Origin: Bacteroidia bacterium
GTDB lineage: Bacteria; Bacteroidota; Bacteroidia; Bacteroidales; VadinHA17
Direction: 5' to 3'
DNA: 13,728 nt
Assembly (NCBI GenBank): GCA_026391215.1
Contig: JAPLDX010000028.1
Coordinates: 1-13,728, forward strand
Positions 1 through 8,596 of the stretch are shown here, piece by piece. Under the pieces are notes generated by a model. That model did not search any database and was not told the origin of the DNA. It saw only the letters and a program-made list of their open reading frames with translations. The translations under genes and the position numbers were made by a program. Each line of letters starts with the position of its first letter. The first letter of the stretch is position 1.

Positions 1-38
1 TCCTGCGGCAGGTTATACCTGAATTGAGATAATTTCAT
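1..38 (-). CDS. queA: S-adenosylmethionine:tRNA ribosyltransferase-isomerase QueA, 5' end only (runs off the window)
   Basis: The reverse complement from the ATG at 38 reads MKLSQFRYNLPQ, matching the Bacteroidales QueA N-terminus as I recall it (MKLSQFxxxLP). It lies directly downstream of truB, as in the ftsX-uppP-truB-queA order. Only 12 codons are visible. Confidence 0.75.
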   Translation of the reverse strand, partial: MKLSQFRYNLPQ

Positions 39-71
39 AACGAGACTAATATTTTGTAATGAAGAATTCCT

Positions 72-737
72 TTATACGTAAAAATTTCCGTTTTGTTTCG
101 TTTGCTCAAGGAATTGTTCAAATTTTTCAATGGTCCAGGCACCTTCAAGCTTAAATGAACCTATCCTGCTTCTTTCAAGTGCAGAAAGATAACAGCCGCT
201 GTTTAGCGCTATTCCAAGATCTCTGGCAAATGACCTTACATAAGTTCCCTTGCTGCAAAGTATCCGGATCCTTGATTCCGGAATATCGAAAGATATCAGC
301 TCCAGCTCCCTGAAAACTATATTGACAGGTTCCAGCTTTCCCGGCTTTCCTTTCCTTGCAAGCTCATAAGCCCTTTCCCCGTCAATGAGCTTTGCTGAAT
401 AAAGAGGGGGTACCTGTTTTTGTTCACCTAAAAAACCAGGTAAGGTCCTTTGAACCAGCTCCTGTGTAATATGATCTGTCGGGTAACTGCCGTCAGTTTC
501 CGTTTCGAGGTCAAAAGAGGGTGTGGTCTCACCAAAATGAATGGTTGCAAGGTATTCCTTATCAAGATCACTGAACTCATTTATCCTTTTTGTGGCCTTC
601 CCGGTGCATAGTATCATAAGTCCGCTTGCAAGAGGATCAAGCGTGCCGGCGTGGCCGACTTTTATCTTCCTGATCCCAAAAGTGCTTCTGATCATTATCC
701 TGACCTTGTTTACCAGGTCAAAGGATGTCCAGTATAA
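72..737 (-). CDS. truB: tRNA pseudouridine(55) synthase TruB, apparently 5'-truncated (first ATG at 695, homology extends to about 737)
   Basis: Contains KVGHAGTLDPLASG (catalytic Asp), QVPPLYSA and CSKGTYVRSFARDLG. In-frame sequence upstream of ATG 695 reads LYWTSFDLVNKVRI, the second half of TruB motif I. The preceding DKP-type residues and a start codon are absent. Confidence 0.93.
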   Translation of the reverse strand, partial: LYWTSFDLVNKVRIMIRSTFGIRKIKVGHAGTLDPLASGLMILCTGKATKRINEFSDLDKEYLATIHFGETTPSFDLETETDGSYPTDHITQELVQRTLPGFLGEQKQVPPLYSAKLIDGERAYELARKGKPGKLEPVNIVFRELELISFDIPESRIRILCSKGTYVRSFARDLGIALNSGCYLSALERSRIGSFKLEGAWTIEKFEQFLEQTKQNGNFYV

Positions 738-1411
738 CCTGATATAAATGCAGTGATGAATCCTATTATTATTATTCCAATCCCTGTACTGTCTGCGTTA
801 AACTCTCCGGAAAAGATCTCCATCAGATTTGCACCTATCACTGGTACCAGTACCATCAGAAATGAGAATTTCGCTATTTCATTTTTCCTGTTCCCAATCA
901 TAAGCCCTGTGGCTATTGTAGCCCCTGAACGTGATATACCCGGAATAACTGCAATAGCCTGAGCAATACCGATTATCAGGGCATCCATATATGTAATATT
1001 TCTTTCCTTCTTTTTAATAAAATGAGCTAAAGCCAGCAAAGAAGCAGTAATAAGAAGCATGAATCCGACAAACAATATATTGCCATTGAACAACTTTTCA
1101 ATCGGGTCCTTCAGAAGAAGTCCTGCAAATCCGACAGGTACCATTGAAACAATAAGCTTCAAAACATAAGAGGTCTCTTCATTCATTTTGAACTTCAGCG
1201 TGCCTCTGAAAAGTGTTACAAGTTCTTTCAGGAATACAACTATGGTACTTAATACCGTTGCACCATGAACAGCAATCGTGAAATAAAAGCTTGCTTCTGG
1301 ATTTACATCAAACAGTGATTTCGCAATCTCAAGATGACCTGAACTGCTGACGGGCAAAAACTCTGTCAATCCCTGGATAAGACCAAGGACCATCGCTTCA
1401 AACCAATTCAT
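710..1411 (-). CDS. uppP: Undecaprenyl-diphosphate phosphatase UppP (BacA), apparently 3'-truncated
   Basis: Contains GLIQGLTEFLPVSSSGHL and PGISRSGATI motifs plus multiple hydrophobic helices. It ends FISGY-TGHPLTW* at 233 aa and lacks the usual last transmembrane segment. Confidence 0.93.
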   Translation of the reverse strand: MNWFEAMVLGLIQGLTEFLPVSSSGHLEIAKSLFDVNPEASFYFTIAVHGATVLSTIVVFLKELVTLFRGTLKFKMNEETSYVLKLIVSMVPVGFAGLLLKDPIEKLFNGNILFVGFMLLITASLLALAHFIKKKERNITYMDALIIGIAQAIAVIPGISRSGATIATGLMIGNRKNEIAKFSFLMVLVPVIGANLMEIFSGEFNADSTGIGIIIIGFITAFISGYTGHPLTW

Positions 1412-1656
1412 TCCCTGGGTTTCTTCATTATAGCCCAGATCTCAAAAATAAATCCGGCCAGAACAACAATTGGAGCAAGCGTTATCCTTCTGAAGCTGAA
1501 AATATCTTTACTGAATTGATCCGGACTTTCCGACCTTCCTCCCAGCATCAGCAGAAAACCGATAACAATTATGCCAAAACCAATAGCCAGCAGCTTATAA
1601 TTTTCGCGTCCAAGTGCAAAATTCAACTTTTCCTTTTTTTCATTTTTTGTGCCCAT
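1408..1656 (-). CDS. DUF3098-family small two-TM membrane protein
   Basis: 82 aa with NYKLLAIG..IIVIGFLLMLGG and IFSFRRITLAPIVVLAGF..EIWAIM, typical of the family found between ftsX and uppP in Bacteroidota. Its stop overlaps the uppP start (ATGA). Confidence 0.85.
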   Translation of the reverse strand: MGTKNEKKEKLNFALGRENYKLLAIGFGIIVIGFLLMLGGRSESPDQFSKDIFSFRRITLAPIVVLAGFIFEIWAIMKKPRE

Positions 1657-1663
1657 AATATTA

Positions 1664-2542
1664 TCAATAATATAGTTTGTCCTCAGAAATGCTCAGATAC
1701 CTGTTAACCGAAAAAAATGTTGATATTATATTGATCATTATCCCGACAATGATTATTGCCCCGCCAAGAAGAGCTAAAAGACCTGGATTCTGAAAGGTAA
1801 GCATAAGAAAGAATTCCTTTTCAATTAAATACAGAAGTCCCATCAGAAGCGTCATTGCTATTAAAGCTGCCAGGAATCCATGAAATGCACTCTGCATAAT
1901 GAATGGCCTCCGTATAAATGATCTTGTCGCTCCTACAAGCTGCATCGTCCTGATGATGAACCTTCTGGAATATATCGCCAGCCGTATTGTATTATTGATA
2001 ATCGTCAGTGCAATCAGAAACAGGAAAGCACTTATCACCAGGAGGAACAGGCTTATCTTCTTTACATTCTCATTGATAAGGAATAGCAGCGACTCCTGGT
2101 AAAAAACTTCTTTAACAAACGGATATTGAAGAATGTACTTTTCAATTTTCGCCACGCTGTCGGGACTGGTATATGTTGAAATAAGATAAACGTCAATTGA
2201 TGGAGGTAATGGATTATCTCCAAGAAAGCTGATAAAATCTTCCCCCAGCTCTTCCTTCATTTTAGCTGCAGCCTCATCCTTCGAGATGTATTCAGTCGAT
2301 TTTACATAATGCTTCGCATCAAGATCTTTCTGCAGCATCCTTATATCTGCCTCTTTTGCATCATCATCGAGCATCACTGAAAATGAAAGGCTCTCCCGGA
2401 AATAATCAGATAATTCCTTCGCATTGATCAAAACAAGACCAAGAATACCAAGTAAAAAGAGAACTAACGAAACACTCACAACAAGCGTTGCATAAGAGCT
2501 CCTCAGCCTTGTTTTTGAAGTTCCGTTCTCTTTATTCTTCAC
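1664..2542 (-). CDS. ftsX: Cell division permease FtsX
   Basis: N-terminal TM, extracellular domain (LGDNPLPPSIDV), the NNTIRLAIYSRRFIIRTMQLVGATRSFIRRPF motif and three C-terminal TMs. GTG start. Confidence 0.92.
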   Translation of the reverse strand: MKNKENGTSKTRLRSSYATLVVSVSLVLFLLGILGLVLINAKELSDYFRESLSFSVMLDDDAKEADIRMLQKDLDAKHYVKSTEYISKDEAAAKMKEELGEDFISFLGDNPLPPSIDVYLISTYTSPDSVAKIEKYILQYPFVKEVFYQESLLFLINENVKKISLFLLVISAFLFLIALTIINNTIRLAIYSRRFIIRTMQLVGATRSFIRRPFIMQSAFHGFLAALIAMTLLMGLLYLIEKEFFLMLTFQNPGLLALLGGAIIIVGIMINIISTFFSVNRYLSISEDKLYY

Positions 2543-2557
2543 AATTTATTATTTTGT

Positions 2558-3577
2558 TTACTCTACCACGGTCATCCATCCAAACTCATCCTCAGCATCA
2601 CCATTCTGGATTGCTACAAGCTTATTATAAAGCTTCATAGTTACCGGTCCGGGCTTGCCATCTTTGCAATACTCATAAATCATATTCTTCTCCGGATCGA
2701 CGATTTTGCCAATAGGGCTGATCACTGCTGCTGTACCGCATGCGCCTGCTTCACTGAATGTTGAAAGCTCTTCAACCGGTACAGGGCGCCGTTCCGTCTT
2801 AATGCCGAGGCTTCCTGCTATATCTATCAGGCTCTTGTTTGTTATGGAGTTTAATATTGAAACCGATTTCGGGGTTATATAGGTGTTTTCCTTTATGCCA
2901 AAGAAATTTGCCGGACCGCATTCATCAATATATTTTTTCTCCCTGGCATCGAGGAAAATTGTGCTTGCATAACCGCTTGCTTTTGCAGTGACAAGGGCAC
3001 GAAGGCTCGCGGCATAATTGCCACCTACTTTAAAGATCCCTGTACCAAGAGGCGCTGCCCTGTCCACATCCCTGCATATCATCATGTTAACCGGCTTTAT
3101 GCCTTCCCTGAAATACGGACCGACGGGAGTTACAAAAACAATGAAAGTATATTCTGAAGCAGGTTTTACTCCTACTTCTGCCCCGCTTCCATACAGGAGC
3201 GGTCTTATGTACAATGAAGCTCCCGAACCATATGGCGGCACAAATTTTCTGTTCAGATTTATTACCTGAAAAAGAGCTTCCCGGAACAGTTCAGCAGGGA
3301 CAGGTGCCATCTTTATTCCCCCTGCTGACAAGATGAGCCTGTTTGCATTTTCATCCCATCTGAAGAGTCTTATTTTTCCGTCTTTCCCCATATAGGCTTT
3401 AAGCCCTTCGAAAGCTTCCTGCCCGTAATGAAGTCCTGTTGCAGCTATATGAATATCAATATATTCTGAAGATGATACTTCGGGTTTTCCCCAATTGCCA
3501 TCTTTATATTTACACCTTATATTGTAATCGGTTTTAATATAACCAAATGGCAGATTTTTCCAGTCAAGCAATTCCAT
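2558..3577 (-). CDS. ilvE: Branched-chain amino acid aminotransferase (PLP class IV)
   Basis: Contains LHYGQEAFEGLKAY, LYIRPL, FKVGGNYAAS (PLP lysine) and EAGACGTAAVISPIG. Confidence 0.95.
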   Translation of the reverse strand: MELLDWKNLPFGYIKTDYNIRCKYKDGNWGKPEVSSSEYIDIHIAATGLHYGQEAFEGLKAYMGKDGKIRLFRWDENANRLILSAGGIKMAPVPAELFREALFQVINLNRKFVPPYGSGASLYIRPLLYGSGAEVGVKPASEYTFIVFVTPVGPYFREGIKPVNMMICRDVDRAAPLGTGIFKVGGNYAASLRALVTAKASGYASTIFLDAREKKYIDECGPANFFGIKENTYITPKSVSILNSITNKSLIDIAGSLGIKTERRPVPVEELSTFSEAGACGTAAVISPIGKIVDPEKNMIYEYCKDGKPGPVTMKLYNKLVAIQNGDAEDEFGWMTVVE

Positions 3578-3600
3578 TATTAAGCTGTTATTTTACGCCG

Positions 3601-3608
3601 CAAAAGTA
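3601..3608 (-). promoter_or_regulatory. Bacteroidota primary-sigma -7 element (TACTTTTG) upstream of ilvE
   Basis: Plus-strand caaaagta is TACTTTTG on the minus strand. It matches TAnnTTTG and lies 23 bp upstream of the ilvE ATG. Confidence 0.6.
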
Positions 3609-3651
3609 CATTTTTAAAGTATAACCTCAAATTCCCCGGCCAGAATCATGA

Positions 3652-5484
3652 TCAGTTAACATCCATCTGGAGGTTGGAGATCTGATCTTCAATCGATATG
3701 CCCCTCAGCAGTTTTGCCGTGTTCGTTATGAACTCATTATGTGAGAGAAGCTTCCTCTGGAAATCGATCCATTCTTTCTTGTCATGCGGTTTTCCGTATT
3801 CCGATTCCTCCCTCAGCAATTTATCAGATAACTTAATATAATCAACGCGTCCCAGGTAATCATATTTTGCATCATGAAGGATATTATCAGAAGCGGATTC
3901 CTGTTTATCATTAAATGAATTGCTGATGATCTTTTTCACCTCATCGATATCAGCCTGTTCAAAAGCATACTTTGGAAGTATCTCCTCAACCAATTGTAAT
4001 GAGGCTTCAAGAGGTTTTTCATAATCAGAAATATAGCCTGTAAAAAGGAATAATGAAGCCAGCTTAAGATGGATAAATTCCTCTTCAGGGAGACTTTCGG
4101 CTGTTGAAAGAAGCTCGGTCTGGTTTGTGACACTTTTGACTAAAGATGCGTTGTGAAAATAAAGATCAGGCGGAGCTTCGTCATCAAACATTTTTATTAC
4201 CAGCTCTTCAATATCCTGAAGCTTTATCATCTGCATCTTCATGATGAATTTCCGGTTTGGCTTTCCATCCTCGCCACTAAGCTCAGGTATAATACCATTG
4301 ACAAAATACATATCGAGCTCGCCTTTGTATTTTACAGGCATTTTCCCCCTGTGCTCACAAACGAAAAAGTCTTTTACAAATTCATAAGTCGTTCCTGAAA
4401 TATTTATTTTTCCTGCTTCTCCGGATGATTCCATCCTGCTTGCAGTATTTACTGTATCACCCCAGATATCATACGAGAGTTTTTTATGCCCGACCACTCC
4501 GGCTACTACTGTACCGGTGTGGATCCCTATCCTGATATCCCAGTATTTCATCCCCTGGAGCTGTGATGCCGCCTTCAGATTGCTCATATAAACCTGCATC
4601 TCAAGAGCTGCGAGAATAACTTCAACAGGATTCGTCCTGTTTTTCTCAGGGATTCCTCCCGCACACATATAGGCATCACCAATGGTTTTTATCTTTTCTA
4701 TGCCAAGACCCTCGACAACAGAATCAAAATGAAAAAAGAACTTATCCAGCTCATCTATAAGAACCTCAGGATTCATCTCCTCGGCAATCTTTGTAAATCC
4801 CTGTATATCTGAAAACAGCACTGTAACAAAATTATATTTTATCTTGGTTGCCTTTCCCTTCTCCATGATCTCGCTGGCAGTATTCTTTGGCAGTACGTTT
4901 GCAAGAAGATTTTCTGTCTTTTCTTTTTCAATTATCAGGTCCTCGGTCCTCTTGTTGATGATCTGCTCAAGCATATACTGGGTCCTTGCAAAGCGCAGGC
5001 TTAAATGTGCATAAAGTGCCCAGAAGATCAGTGCGGCAAATGCCAGATACATAGCTATGGCAAAGCGTGAAAAATACCACAGAGGAAGCACTCTGAACTT
5101 CAGCAATAACAATTCCCCTCCCATGTGCTTCAGATCAGTATACCTCACACGTAATTCGTATTTCCCCGCAGGCAGATTTGTATACTCCTTATAATTTCCT
5201 GATCTCCATTCCCCCCACCCCTCATCATAGCCTTTGAGAAAAAAACAGTAATCCATGGTATCACGGTATTCCATTTCAAACAGCAGGTTGTTATGCCTGT
5301 AGTTAAAAACCATCGTTTCATTCAAAGGGAAATATCCTGTTGCAGTATCAGGGGTTATTAAAGAATCGCTATTTATTATTATGCGGGCAAGGTAAGGAAA
5401 CTCTTCATCGTTAATGACCGTTCCCCCGGAAACCACTCCGGTAAATAATATAAGAAAGAGGCCAAGGTTCCTGAAAAAAACCAT
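3652..5484 (-). CDS. Membrane-anchored class III adenylate cyclase: signal peptide, Y_Y_Y domain, TM, coiled coil, cyclase and degenerate HD domain
   Basis: Preferred start is ATG 5484 (MVFFRNLGLFLILFTGVVSG, signal-like) because a promoter motif lies inside the longer ORF. Y_Y_Y-like segment YCFFLKGYDEGW..EYTNLPAGKYELRVR, then TM after PLWYFS. Cyclase motifs VLFSDIQGFT, EKIKTIGDAYM, IGIHTG and YDIWGDTVNTASRMES; the Lys/Asp pair indicates ATP specificity. The C-terminus aligns with the paralogue's HD domain, but HD is replaced by LF. Confidence 0.88.
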   Translation of the reverse strand: MVFFRNLGLFLILFTGVVSGGTVINDEEFPYLARIIINSDSLITPDTATGYFPLNETMVFNYRHNNLLFEMEYRDTMDYCFFLKGYDEGWGEWRSGNYKEYTNLPAGKYELRVRYTDLKHMGGELLLLKFRVLPLWYFSRFAIAMYLAFAALIFWALYAHLSLRFARTQYMLEQIINKRTEDLIIEKEKTENLLANVLPKNTASEIMEKGKATKIKYNFVTVLFSDIQGFTKIAEEMNPEVLIDELDKFFFHFDSVVEGLGIEKIKTIGDAYMCAGGIPEKNRTNPVEVILAALEMQVYMSNLKAASQLQGMKYWDIRIGIHTGTVVAGVVGHKKLSYDIWGDTVNTASRMESSGEAGKINISGTTYEFVKDFFVCEHRGKMPVKYKGELDMYFVNGIIPELSGEDGKPNRKFIMKMQMIKLQDIEELVIKMFDDEAPPDLYFHNASLVKSVTNQTELLSTAESLPEEEFIHLKLASLFLFTGYISDYEKPLEASLQLVEEILPKYAFEQADIDEVKKIISNSFNDKQESASDNILHDAKYDYLGRVDYIKLSDKLLREESEYGKPHDKKEWIDFQRKLLSHNEFITNTAKLLRGISIEDQISNLQMDVN

Positions 5485-5507
5485 ATCAACCGGTGAAATT
5501 ATTCTTC

Positions 5508-5538
5508 CAAATGTAGCACATAATAAAGACTGGTCAAA
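5508..5538 (-). promoter_or_regulatory. Bacteroidota -33/-7 promoter for the membrane cyclase gene
   Basis: Minus strand TTTG (5538-5535), 19 nt spacer, TACATTTG (5515-5508). Fits TTTG-N19-21-TAnnTTTG and lies 23 bp upstream of ATG 5484. Confidence 0.6.
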
Positions 5539-5557
5539 AGGAAAGGTCAATTTTAAG

Positions 5558-5565
5558 TATTTTTG
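5558..5565 (+). promoter_or_regulatory. Bacteroidota -7 element (TATTTTTG) upstream of rdgB-porZ
   Basis: Matches TAnnTTTG, is followed by CA, and lies 20 bp upstream of ATG 5586. Confidence 0.55.
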
Positions 5566-5566
5566 C

Positions 5567-5585
5567 ACACAAAAGGATTTTGTGT
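5567..5585. repeat. Perfect 8-bp inverted repeat ACACAAAA-GGA-TTTTGTGT
   Basis: Read directly from the sequence. It fills nearly all of the space between the -7 element and the rdgB ATG. Confidence 0.6.
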
Positions 5586-6191
5586 ATGATTGAAATCGTC
5601 TTTGCCACCAATAATGAAAATAAATTAACGGAGATCAGGAATATCCTTGGAACCACCTTTAGCCTGCTGTGCCTGGGCGATCTTAAGATATATGATGACA
5701 TTCCTGAAAACGAACCTACTCTTGAAGGAAACGCAATGCAGAAGGCCCGGTATATTTATAAAATGGTGAATATACCTGTTTTTGCTGATGATACCGGACT
5801 GGAAATTGAATCCCTGAACGGATTGCCCGGAGTTAATTCTGCCCGCTTTGCCGGTGAGGATAAAAATTCCGATTCAAATATTGACAAAGTCCTTAAAATG
5901 ATGGGGACATCTGTAAACAGGGGGGCAAGGTTCAGAACAGTAATTGCCCTTATCCTGGATGGCAGTGAGTTCACCTTCGAAGGAACCGTGAAAGGCCGGA
6001 TAATTACTGAGAGAAGGGGAAGAGAAGGATTCGGGTATGATCCGGTGTTTGTTCCGGACGGCGGTGACCTGACTTTTGCAGAAATGCCGTTAAATGAAAA
6101 GAACATGATCTCTCACCGTGCAAAAGCTTTTGAAAAACTCAGGGAGTTCCTTCTTCATTATAATCATAAGGACAATAAAGGAGCTATATAA
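5586..6191 (+). CDS. rdgB: Non-canonical purine NTP pyrophosphatase (RdgB/HAM1)
   Basis: Contains IVFATNNENKLTE, FADDTGLEI, PGVNSARFAG, GFGYDPVF and KNMISHRAKA. ATG 5586 is preferred over TTG 5580. Confidence 0.95.
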   Translation: MIEIVFATNNENKLTEIRNILGTTFSLLCLGDLKIYDDIPENEPTLEGNAMQKARYIYKMVNIPVFADDTGLEIESLNGLPGVNSARFAGEDKNSDSNIDKVLKMMGTSVNRGARFRTVIALILDGSEFTFEGTVKGRIITERRGREGFGYDPVFVPDGGDLTFAEMPLNEKNMISHRAKAFEKLREFLLHYNHKDNKGAI

Positions 6192-6206
6192 CTGTTTAAT
6201 TCTCTG

Positions 6207-8495
6207 ATGAGGAAACTGCTTATTTTTATCTGCCTGTTTTTTGTCTTTTCCCATTCCCGGGGTCAGACTCCGGTCGGTACATGGACCGATCATCTGGTTT
6301 ATAGTACAGCTAAAAATCTTGCAGTAGGATCCGGAGAGATCTACGCCAACACAGGCTCATCCCTGATCATTTATAATAAGGAATATGCAGAGCTCAGGAA
6401 ATTTTCACGTGTCAATGGCCTCACTGAAACAGCCATAAGCACCATTGCATGGTCAGAAGAAAACAAAGCTCTTTTAATAGCATATTCAAGCGCAAATATC
6501 GATATCCTGAAAGACAATTTAATTTATAATATTCCCGATATCAGCAGAAAATATTTTCCTGGAAAAAAAGAAATAAACAGAATAAGGTTCAGCGGTAAAT
6601 ATGAATATCTGGCCTGCAGCTTCGGAATTGTGGTAATCGATATCATCAAGCAAGAGATATATGATACGTGGAAGCCAGGCAATGGCATTGAGAATCCGGA
6701 GATATGGGACATTGCCTTTGGAAACGGGAAAGTATATGCCGCGACAGGTATCGGAGTATATTCAGCGGATCTTAATGATCCCGGACTTGCATATTTTGGC
6801 AACTGGTCGATTCTCAATTCTCTTCCGGAACCAACAGGGAAATATACAGCGGCAGTGTTTTCCGGTGACATGCTTTACGTCAACCAGACTGGAAAAAACT
6901 TCCCCGGTGATAATATTTATATGATCGGGAATGTAACTTCATTATTTTCATACTCAGCAGGAGTATATAACATTGCTTTTGACAAGTCATCTGATGGATT
7001 TTCTGTCGCATCCGGAAAATCTGTCAGATTATTTCATGATGACGGTACTCTCCGGAAAACCATTTCCTCATACACCTGGGGTGCCCTTAATGCTTCACAG
7101 GCAATTGAAGATCAGGGTGATATCTGGATTGCAGATATCAATTCCGGACTTATTAAAGGAGAAAATATGTCAGATTTTTCTGTTCTGACATTACCCGGAC
7201 CAATTTCAAACAATGCCATCAGTGTTACTTCTTATAACGGGAAAGCCATTATTTGTGGCGGCGGGGTTGACAATGCCTGGAATAACCTTATGAGATCATT
7301 TCAGATTTCAATTTATGAGAACCATACCTGGACAAATATAGAATACACAGATGTTTTTGATGCCATGAGGGCTTTTATTGATCCGGCAGATGAAAGTCAT
7401 TTTTTCATTTCATCCTGGGGGGGAGGATTGTTTGAATACAAGAATAATGACCTGATAAACAGGTATAAAGATGACAACTCCCCTCTGCAGACAATTGTAC
7501 CAGGAGGCCCATACGTAAGGATTTGCGGACTGGCTATGGACAGCAATAGGAATCTTTGGATAGCAGGAAGCAATGTTCCGGGAACACTAAAAGCGCTGAA
7601 GCCTGACAATGACGGTTGGATTGTCAATCCTGCAACATGGGATATAAACGTCGTAGGCGATCTGATAATGACCCGTAACGGGACAAAATGGGCTATCCTC
7701 CCCAGGGGCAACGGCCTTTTTATTTTGGATGATAACGATACTCCCGAATATTTCGACGATGACATGTATAAACAGATGTTTGTTACCGATCCTGATGGAA
7801 AAATGATTGGGTTTGTTTACTGCCTTGCAGAGGATCTTGAAGGAAATATCTGGGTCGGAACCGACCAGGGTCCGCTGGTATATTACAATCCTGACAAAGT
7901 ATTTGAGGAGGAAATCAAGGCATTCCGGATAAAGATCCCCCGTAATGACGGTAGCGGACTTGCCGACCTGGTGCTGTTCACCGAATCAATCGCCTCCATT
8001 GCCATTGATGGCGCCAACAGGAAATGGCTTGGTACAGCAAGTTCAGGCGCATACCTGCTCTCCTCTGACGGAACAAGACGATTAAGAAACTATAATGAAC
8101 AGAATAGCCCTATCCTTTCAAATAACATTGCCAGTGTTGCAGTTGATAATGAAACAGGTGATGTTTGGTTTGTAACCTCTCAGGGTATCATCTCAGTGAG
8201 AGGAGATGCCACAGAAGGCAAGGAAGAATTCTCAGGCATCTACTCCTTCCCTAATCCCGTTAGAGAAGATTATGAAGGAAACGTTATTATAACCGGACTC
8301 ATGAAAGACACCCAGATAAAGATAACAGATATCAGCGGAAATCTTGTCTATCAAACTTTCTCTGACGGGGGACAGGCTTCGTGGGATCTTAAAACCTACA
8401 ACGGTCTCCGTGTTGCAACCGGAGTATACCTGGTATTCTGCGCCAGCAGTGATGGATCTCAGACTGCAGTGACGAAAATATTGGTGATTAACTAG
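6207..8495 (+). CDS. porZ: Type IX secretion system PorZ-like protein (two beta-propellers plus T9SS C-terminal domain)
   Basis: Signal peptide, N-terminal VGTWTDHL, propeller repeats (DLEGNIWVGTDQG, IAIDGANRKWLGT) and CTD FPNPVR..IKITDISGNLVY..SWDL..GVYLV..KILVIN. 762 aa. Confidence 0.85.
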   Translation: MRKLLIFICLFFVFSHSRGQTPVGTWTDHLVYSTAKNLAVGSGEIYANTGSSLIIYNKEYAELRKFSRVNGLTETAISTIAWSEENKALLIAYSSANIDILKDNLIYNIPDISRKYFPGKKEINRIRFSGKYEYLACSFGIVVIDIIKQEIYDTWKPGNGIENPEIWDIAFGNGKVYAATGIGVYSADLNDPGLAYFGNWSILNSLPEPTGKYTAAVFSGDMLYVNQTGKNFPGDNIYMIGNVTSLFSYSAGVYNIAFDKSSDGFSVASGKSVRLFHDDGTLRKTISSYTWGALNASQAIEDQGDIWIADINSGLIKGENMSDFSVLTLPGPISNNAISVTSYNGKAIICGGGVDNAWNNLMRSFQISIYENHTWTNIEYTDVFDAMRAFIDPADESHFFISSWGGGLFEYKNNDLINRYKDDNSPLQTIVPGGPYVRICGLAMDSNRNLWIAGSNVPGTLKALKPDNDGWIVNPATWDINVVGDLIMTRNGTKWAILPRGNGLFILDDNDTPEYFDDDMYKQMFVTDPDGKMIGFVYCLAEDLEGNIWVGTDQGPLVYYNPDKVFEEEIKAFRIKIPRNDGSGLADLVLFTESIASIAIDGANRKWLGTASSGAYLLSSDGTRRLRNYNEQNSPILSNNIASVAVDNETGDVWFVTSQGIISVRGDATEGKEEFSGIYSFPNPVREDYEGNVIITGLMKDTQIKITDISGNLVYQTFSDGGQASWDLKTYNGLRVATGVYLVFCASSDGSQTAVTKILVIN

Positions 8496-8515
8496 TTACT
8501 GTTTATTTGTTGAAT

Positions 8516-8596
8516 CATTTTCGCCAACTGCCTTTAGCACAGTGAATAACGTAATTAAGCACTTGCTTCGTTAATACGTTTATTTATTGCCGGCAA
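8516..8596. repeat. Imperfect hairpin and palindrome cluster between the convergent porZ and AT-rich gene
   Basis: aataacgtaattaa (8545-8558) pairs imperfectly with ttaatacgtttatt (8571-8584). There is a perfect palindrome ttgccggcaa (8587-8596) and minus-strand GTTGGCGAAAATG at 8528-8516. Terminator or recombination-site function is not established. Confidence 0.35.

Noticed and set aside
696-800. Programmed frameshift producing a UppP-TruB fusion
   Set aside because: No slippery heptamer is evident at the junction and conserved residues are missing from both proteins, which fits a deletion better.
1664-2542. ftsX without an adjacent ftsE
   Set aside because: Unlinked ftsE and ftsX is, to my knowledge, usual in Bacteroidota.
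5485-5568. 28-aa N-terminal extension of the membrane cyclase in the ORF track
   Set aside because: It overlaps promoter motifs for both divergent genes, and the signal-peptide-like sequence begins at ATG 5484.
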